From IMG/VR virus record IMGVR_UViG_3300037339_000405, positions 31,623-95,622 of that record: DNA of 64,000 nt; one strand, written 5' to 3'. The notes beneath the pieces were generated by a model. That model saw only the letters and a program-made list of their open reading frames with translations, made no database searches and was not told where the DNA came from. The stretch's first letter is position 1. Every line of letters starts with the position of its first letter. The stretch is from a virus. Of the stretch, positions 58,797 through 64,000 are shown in pieces. The translations under genes and the position numbers were made by a program.

Positions 58797-59666
58797 TCAG
58801 ACTTCCAGCGTGAGCGAGAGCTTCGGGAAGGCTTTCTCGAAAACAGCCAACACCTCCTCGTAACCCATCGCCTTCATCTCCTTCTGCATGCGCTTCTTTA
58901 CCGCTTCGGGATCATCCTTGAAGCTTCCCGCAGTCTCTTCCACAGGCACCTGCACTGCGCCCCCGTTGTACCCCGTGCACAAGTTGAACAGGGCCACCGT
59001 GTCAACGTCCGTCTTGGTCTCCTTCTTGATCTTGTCCAGTGCCGCGCGGATGGAAATCTTCTGATCCTTGTGCACCTTGAACGTCATCGTGCTCACGTCT
59101 GGCGTGGCCACCGTGCCTTCCATGGCGTTGCTGCCCTTGCCCGCCCCCTTCGCCTTCTTGATAGCCTCGATCAGCTGAATGGTGGTCATGGCCTTCGCAC
59201 GCTTCGCCCACTGCTCCGCGTTCTTCGCGGTGAGCACCGCCGACAACTCCTTGAGCTTGGTCCACCCGAGATCCTTGACCACAGACCACGGGATTTCCTT
59301 CTCCACCAAATCCTTGTAAATCTGGATCAGGTACATCGCCTTGCGGTAGTGCAGCCCGAACTTGTCCTGCACCAGTTCCTTGAAGGACTCGAACCCAGTG
59401 AACCACTTTTTGTCTTGGATCACGCTCAACATGCCCCCCAAACGGAAGTAGTTGAACTCGATGTTCTCCACCAACTCCTGCACCATGCTGTGCGCCTGCA
59501 CCTCGGTGATCTTCTCGACCTCGGTTGCCGTGGCCTTCAGCAGATCGGCCTTGGGCGCTTTACCCGTGGCCGTCTTCGTTTTCGCCTTCTGGGCCAGCTT
59601 GGCGCTCGCCGACACATGTTCCTGCTCTTCATTGCCTTCCGTAGTCTTCTTGACTTTCGTTGCCAT
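58797..59666 (-). CDS. Lys-rich putative DNA-binding protein
   Basis: YF.LGG.L..I....W..GF.SF.E....KFG..YRKA.YL pattern; own promoter and terminator. Confidence 0.6.
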   Translation of the reverse strand: MATKVKKTTEGNEEQEHVSASAKLAQKAKTKTATGKAPKADLLKATATEVEKITEVQAHSMVQELVENIEFNYFRLGGMLSVIQDKKWFTGFESFKELVQDKFGLHYRKAMYLIQIYKDLVEKEIPWSVVKDLGWTKLKELSAVLTAKNAEQWAKRAKAMTTIQLIEAIKKAKGAGKGSNAMEGTVATPDVSTMTFKVHKDQKISIRAALDKIKKETKTDVDTVALFNLCTGYNGGAVQVPVEETAGSFKDDPEAVKKRMQKEMKAMGYEEVLAVFEKAFPKLSLTLEV

Positions 59667-59778
59667 ATCACGCTCCTTCGTCTAAAAAGTGGGGTTGTTA
59701 CCGGTTAGCCGGTATATGAGCAGTGTACTACATCGAATAAGATCGTCAAGCACTTTCTGCAATTGAGTGCAACGCCCG

Positions 59779-60291
59779 TCAACCCCCCCGGGCAGCCTGC
59801 CCCAAAACCTCCCGCTGCCCCAGCCGGAGCGCTTTCTCATGGCCGGTCATGGCCAGCCCCATCTTGGACAGCACATACGCATCAGCAATGTTATCCGTAA
59901 GAGAGGAGTAACCGTACTCCTTCTTCACTCGTTCCATCATCTGCTTCTTTTTCAACCCGCCATGGCCCATGAATTTCTTCACCGCCGTAGGGCGAAATTC
60001 CCACCACTCCATACCCAGCCCTGAGAGTACCAGCCGTACCGTGGTGCCTATCTCCACTAGCACGATGGTGGTGCGCCGGTTGACCCCTAGACCGTAACCC
60101 TCCACCACTACCATGTCTGGCTTCCACTCCACCAAAATCTGCCTGATGCGCTCCGCAATCTGCTTTGCGCGCTGCAGGTTGGGATCTTGCAGAATCGGTA
60201 CCACTTCCTCAGCAAACAATGGCTTGTTGTTAGTGGGAACTAGCACGACACAGCCGCTTCGGCTCGCCAGATCCAGCCCCATGCATTTCAT
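59779..60291 (-). CDS. RuvC-like Holliday junction resolvase
   Basis: MGLDL, PD.VVVE, P..VKK and DN.ADA motifs. Confidence 0.85.
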   Translation of the reverse strand: MKCMGLDLASRSGCVVLVPTNNKPLFAEEVVPILQDPNLQRAKQIAERIRQILVEWKPDMVVVEGYGLGVNRRTTIVLVEIGTTVRLVLSGLGMEWWEFRPTAVKKFMGHGGLKKKQMMERVKKEYGYSSLTDNIADAYVLSKMGLAMTGHEKALRLGQREVLGQAARGG

Positions 60292-61145
60292 GTGACCCCC
60301 CCAAAACACTGCTTGCACACTCGGCAAACCTTGGCCCTCTTGTCGGAGGGCAGTACACAGATCCTATCTGGCACCTTCAAATGATCCCGGTAGGCTTTCA
60401 CCAGCCGCGCCTTCTTGAGATAGGGCTCTGAGGTGGCATCATTACGCTCCACCACGAACTCCTTGAATGGGAGAACCGTCCCAGTATTCTCGTTCTTTTT
60501 TCCATACCCCTTGCTGACGTACAGGACACGCGCGTGAGACAAGTCTATGCGCGACACCTCCTCGCGCCCCGATCTTGCAATGATCGTCAGATAGCAACAC
60601 GTGCGGGCGCGATGTGCAGCCATCGGTGCCTTGAGCATGGCGAACTCATCTTTGTCCAGCGTCTTCACTTCCACCGCCACCAACTTCTGGTTGATCGGCA
60701 GAAACAGGTCTATGTGCCCTGCCGCCCCGGACTCCTCATCAATGAACTCCTCCTCGCCGTAGCGCCACAACTCAGCCCCGCACTTGCATGGCTTGGCGGG
60801 TCTTTGGGAAAACACGTGCTTACTTTGACACACCACACAGTGCCACACGCCAACTGCTACGTCCCCCAGCCACTTCTCTGCCAGCATGTCCTTCAACGCA
60901 TTCCCATGATCAAACGCCACCCGCCGCGCGCTGTTGACATAGTGATCACGGTACTTGATCTCATTGGCCTCATGCAACACCACCGCCCGAGCGCAGAACT
61001 CCAGTTCCCCTTCCACTATCGCAGAAATGTGCAACGGCTCGGTGGACCGCTCAGGTTCAAACCCGCGAAGTCTATCCTCCAACATGTTGAGGATAGCGGG
61101 CTTCTGTAGCGCCGCGTTGATGGCCCTACTAATTACGTTTAGCAC
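60288..61145 (-). CDS. Cas4-like PD-(D/E)xK exonuclease
   Basis: GHID...VEVKT with N- and C-terminal Cys residues. Confidence 0.75.
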   Translation of the reverse strand: MLNVISRAINAALQKPAILNMLEDRLRGFEPERSTEPLHISAIVEGELEFCARAVVLHEANEIKYRDHYVNSARRVAFDHGNALKDMLAEKWLGDVAVGVWHCVVCQSKHVFSQRPAKPCKCGAELWRYGEEEFIDEESGAAGHIDLFLPINQKLVAVEVKTLDKDEFAMLKAPMAAHRARTCCYLTIIARSGREEVSRIDLSHARVLYVSKGYGKKNENTGTVLPFKEFVVERNDATSEPYLKKARLVKAYRDHLKVPDRICVLPSDKRAKVCRVCKQCFGGVT

Positions 61146-61488
61146 GATGTCGTAATTCCTCGTAAGCCCACATGGGCAACACTACCCAGTCCCCAAACTC
61201 GCGCGCCTGCCCGGCACCGTCTGTAAATGATAGCGTTAGTACAGGATATCTATTGATGGTTACTGCCTGCTGAGTGATCTGGTGCAACAAGGCCAGCTTT
61301 ATGGAGTAGCTGCCCTTCACCGTGGCCTTGGCTTCTATGAACTCGGTCTTGCTGCGCCCATCCCCCTTCTGTGTAGGCAACGCCCCGGATGCAACCGTGC
61401 GCCGAGCGCCCAATCTGTTGATCACCCGGCTTTCACTGGCCTGCCCGTGGCGAACCTTGGTCAAGCGCCTAAGAACCGGGTTACTCAC
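61129..61488 (-). CDS. small PD-(D/E)xK nuclease (Hjc-like)
   Basis: E....ASGA...KGD....IEAK.T motif. Confidence 0.7.
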   Translation of the reverse strand: MSNPVLRRLTKVRHGQASESRVINRLGARRTVASGALPTQKGDGRSKTEFIEAKATVKGSYSIKLALLHQITQQAVTINRYPVLTLSFTDGAGQAREFGDWVVLPMWAYEELRHRAKRN

Positions 61489-62537
61489 TCCTCAGTCTCG
61501 ATCTTGTTCGCCAGCTGCACCACATGGGATTGCAATTTCTCGCGGTACTTCTCGTCTGCCCGGTACTGCTCCTCTATCTCGGCCAAGGTGGCGAACTGCG
61601 TACCCATGCAAATCCATCCTTTGCCGGAAGGCACCTTGTGAAGCTCCCCTGCCGCCTGCAGGCGAGTGCTTACAGTACCCCAACTTTCCACCTCACCTAC
61701 CTTCAGTTTCCTATAGGGCACCAGCGACACGTCGTACTCGAAATTGGTGCCGGTGATAGGCACCTTCCACTTGCGTATCACCCCGGCCACCTCAAGGCGA
61801 GCCGGCAATGTTTTATGTGCGGCATCATCCTTAACCTTCTTGCCGTAAAGTCGCACCGTCAGGCTGCTAGCAAAACGCTGGGAATTACCCCCCGGGTACG
61901 TTTCTGGGTCTCCGAACATCACCCCTATCTTGTACCGTATCTGATTGAGCAAAACCAGCACAGGGTAATGTCCACGCTTGGATTCCTGACCGAGGGCCGT
62001 AGTAACCTTTGCAATCAGTTGCGTAGTGATTACCGAACTACCCCCGGGGATCACCTGCCCACCATCGCGCTGAATAGCTTTGTCGGTATTCAGCTGAGCA
62101 ACAGAATCAACCACGACCACCCCAACGTCTTTCGCGTACATCATTGCCTCGATGATGTCCACTGCCTGCTCGGCATTGTCTGGAGTGGCGAGCAACAGAG
62201 ACGCGTTATCAACGCCCAGCTGCCCCGCCCATTTCACGTCATGCGTAGATTCAAGATCGATGTAACAAGCCGTCTCACCCCGCCGCTGGGCTGACGCGAT
62301 AGCCCGCAGGGCGAGATACGTCTTGCCTGACGATTCCGGTCCATAGATGATGCACACCCTGCCATACGGCAACCCGCCACCGCTGGCAAGATCGAATGGA
62401 AATACCCCAGTAGCCAAGCGCTGCACGTCTCGGAGTTTCGCGCCCCGGCGTACAACATGCTCACCGTGGCTCTTCTTGAACTCCTCAAGTACGGCCGAAG
62501 ACTCTCCGAGAGATTTAGTGACCTTCTTGATCGGCAC
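61485..62537 (-). CDS. recA: RecA-family recombinase
   Basis: GGLP.GR..IYGPESSGKT, VVVDSVA and NQIR.KIGVMFGDPET.PGG motifs. Confidence 0.95.
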   Translation of the reverse strand: MPIKKVTKSLGESSAVLEEFKKSHGEHVVRRGAKLRDVQRLATGVFPFDLASGGGLPYGRVCIIYGPESSGKTYLALRAIASAQRRGETACYIDLESTHDVKWAGQLGVDNASLLLATPDNAEQAVDIIEAMMYAKDVGVVVVDSVAQLNTDKAIQRDGGQVIPGGSSVITTQLIAKVTTALGQESKRGHYPVLVLLNQIRYKIGVMFGDPETYPGGNSQRFASSLTVRLYGKKVKDDAAHKTLPARLEVAGVIRKWKVPITGTNFEYDVSLVPYRKLKVGEVESWGTVSTRLQAAGELHKVPSGKGWICMGTQFATLAEIEEQYRADEKYREKLQSHVVQLANKIETEE

Positions 62538-62546
62538 AGGCCAGCA

Positions 62547-62915
62547 TCACTCGTCAGCGTTCAACCCCTGCTCAACTTCTTCCTGAATGGCATTGAGCTT
62601 GCCTTCCGCCCACCCCTTGGCAAATGTGAAAGCGTCTTCGATGTCCTCAACTGGCGACGGCACATTCAGGGAGCATTGGATCTTCAGGCTGTTGAAGTCT
62701 CCCAAGTTGAATGTGCGGCTGAAGGAAACTCCAACATTGCAAAGAGGTTCAGGCAACGGCGTCGCTTCCCGCACAACCTCCTCTTGTTCCTCAACACTAC
62801 CGTCTGCATGGGTTGTCTTAACATGGCCCACCGCAGCCGTGCCGGTCACCCCCGTGCCGGGCTTCACTTTTTCAGGCTTGTCTTTCTTTAGCTTCTTGGT
62901 AATCTTGATGGCCAT
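62547..62915 (-). CDS. hypothetical protein
   Basis: T.NLGDFNSLKI motif; tiles between neighbours. Confidence 0.6.
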   Translation of the reverse strand: MAIKITKKLKKDKPEKVKPGTGVTGTAAVGHVKTTHADGSVEEQEEVVREATPLPEPLCNVGVSFSRTFNLGDFNSLKIQCSLNVPSPVEDIEDAFTFAKGWAEGKLNAIQEEVEQGLNADE

Positions 62916-62943
62916 TCTAGGTTCTCCTTGCGAGGGGGGAATA

Positions 62944-63378
62944 CTACCAACTCAGACGCGCCTTGACTGAGGCTCTTGTCACAGCTTCGATGTAACGCGG
63001 ATTCTTGTAGTGGTATTTCTCCATGGCCGCGCGCACGCCTGCTATGAGTCTGACTTGCTTCACAGTGTATTTGCGCTTGGCCAGCCCCACCTTGGAATCA
63101 GGAATGAGACCCTTAGCCTCCATGGAGCGCAGAGTCTGCATATCACAGCCAACCTGCCTTGCCACCTCACCGATGGTCAAGTAGGTTCTCGGCGTTGCCT
63201 TGGGAGCTACCTTGCGCGCTTCTTTACGCCAGCTGCGCGTACTCTTCAGTTGACGAGCCCGGTACACCTCGTCTTTCCTGTAACGTGATCTCCTCTTGCG
63301 GTTGAACTCTACCCGATTGGCCTCGTACCAACTGGAAAACGTCTGTTTCTCGCGCTTCTTTGGGACTTTGGCCACCAT
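62944..63378 (-). CDS. MerR-type HTH protein
   Basis: LTIGEVA..VG...QTLR..E.KGLIP...R.Y motif. Confidence 0.75.
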   Translation of the reverse strand: MVAKVPKKREKQTFSSWYEANRVEFNRKRRSRYRKDEVYRARQLKSTRSWRKEARKVAPKATPRTYLTIGEVARQVGCDMQTLRSMEAKGLIPDSKVGLAKRKYTVKQVRLIAGVRAAMEKYHYKNPRYIEAVTRASVKARLSW

Positions 63379-63428
63379 GGTTGAAACTCCACTCCATTGA
63401 TAACTGCGCAGACTATACCATATGAAAC

Positions 63429-64000
63429 TCAAATGTCAATTTTGAGCACCTCTGCATTCACTTCCTTTGACGTGTATACCTTGAACCGCGCCTTGGCGTA
63501 GTTCTCCAGCACGTGGCTATCGGTGTCAACAATGTCGAAAACTATTGGCTGCTTCTTGCCGGGATGCGTGCGCAAAATCCTGCCAATTGACTGCATAACA
63601 TTTGCACGCGGCGTTGCCAGCACCAGCGTGTCCCAGTGAGGGACATCGGTGGATTCACTCGCCATGCCATAAGTGCCCAACACCACCAAAGCCTCCTTAC
63701 TCTTCGCACGAGTGATCTCTGCCTTTAGGCTCTCGCCCGTGTAGTAAGCCATATGGGACACCGGTATCCCGCTCTTCACCAGTAACGCCCGCAACAGATC
63801 AAGATACTTATCCACTCCGAAATCGCTCAACACCAGAATATGGCGCTGCTTGGCGTAAGCTCTGCGGACACATTCAACAATGATGGCATTGCGACTCGCG
63901 TCTCGCACAAGACTCTTAACGATGTGCCCAATCTTGCCGGGCTCGTGATGCATCTTCCGGTACACATGCGTCTGCTGCTGCGGGTCCCACACCCTAACCA
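63429..64000 (-). CDS. superfamily 2 helicase, C-terminal part (truncated by window edge)
   Basis: GTYGM.SE..DVP..DTL and QSIGRILR..PGK..P...DIVD motifs. Confidence 0.85.
   Translation of the reverse strand, partial: VRVWDPQQQTHVYRKMHHEPGKIGHIVKSLVRDASRNAIIVECVRRAYAKQRHILVLSDFGVDKYLDLLRALLVKSGIPVSHMAYYTGESLKAEITRAKSKEALVVLGTYGMASESTDVPHWDTLVLATPRANVMQSIGRILRTHPGKKQPIVFDIVDTDSHVLENYAKARFKVYTSKEVNAEVLKIDI

Noticed and set aside
60288-61145. Cas4-like nuclease as spacer-acquisition factor for the array
   Set aside because: It sits in an ordinary RecA/RuvC recombination block 5 kb away, and such nucleases are common in phages
47-63288. The many plus-strand ORFs in the track (e.g. 20017-20835, 42736-43725, 61524-62294)
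   Set aside because: Antisense shadows of well-supported minus-strand genes, with no recognisable motifs
1-64000. Integrase, lysis cassette, reverse transcriptase/DGR, DNA hypermodification genes
   Set aside because: No supporting motifs seen in this window; lifestyle and host cannot be assigned from it

Overview
This 64 kb window is part of a tailed dsDNA phage genome with a siphovirus-like tail module. Every gene I can support is on the minus strand. By coordinate it runs: tail module (1-8.9 kb); head module (major capsid, scaffold, XkdF-like protease, a 1382-aa multi-effector MuF protein, portal; 9.5-19.3 kb); family A DNA polymerase; a cluster with two Cys-based phosphatases, a CsrA-like protein, a wHTH protein and a truncated PPDK-like dikinase (22-29 kb); a long accessory region (29-49 kb); intein-containing terminase; papain-like peptidase; and a recombination/replication block (RuvC-like, Cas4-like, RecA, SF2 helicase). 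Two systems stand out. (1) A nuclease-less Nop/IS110-like protein (54467-55315) is directly followed by a 36-nt-period array of two alternating repeats with about 8-nt variable spacers (53871-54457). This matches the published TIGR-Tas (TasA-type) architecture. (2) A dispersed set of effector domains (up to five ADP-ribosyltransferase-like domains, a zeta-toxin-like kinase, a ParB-like domain) each follows a variant of one short peptide tag, [KR]-[YF]-x-P-x-Q-P-R..G-[RKQ]-[WF]. The tag occurs both inside MuF and at the start of stand-alone genes that share a promoter motif with structural genes. I infer a protease-processed, virion-loaded cargo system, with an ADP-ribosylhydrolase next door. 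Also seen: at least 15 TGCA-N6-TGCA palindromes, promoters with a fixed 16-nt spacer, a tRNA/tmRNA-like 175-nt RNA and a ~400-nt structured non-coding region. All family assignments come from motif recognition by eye, not database searches.
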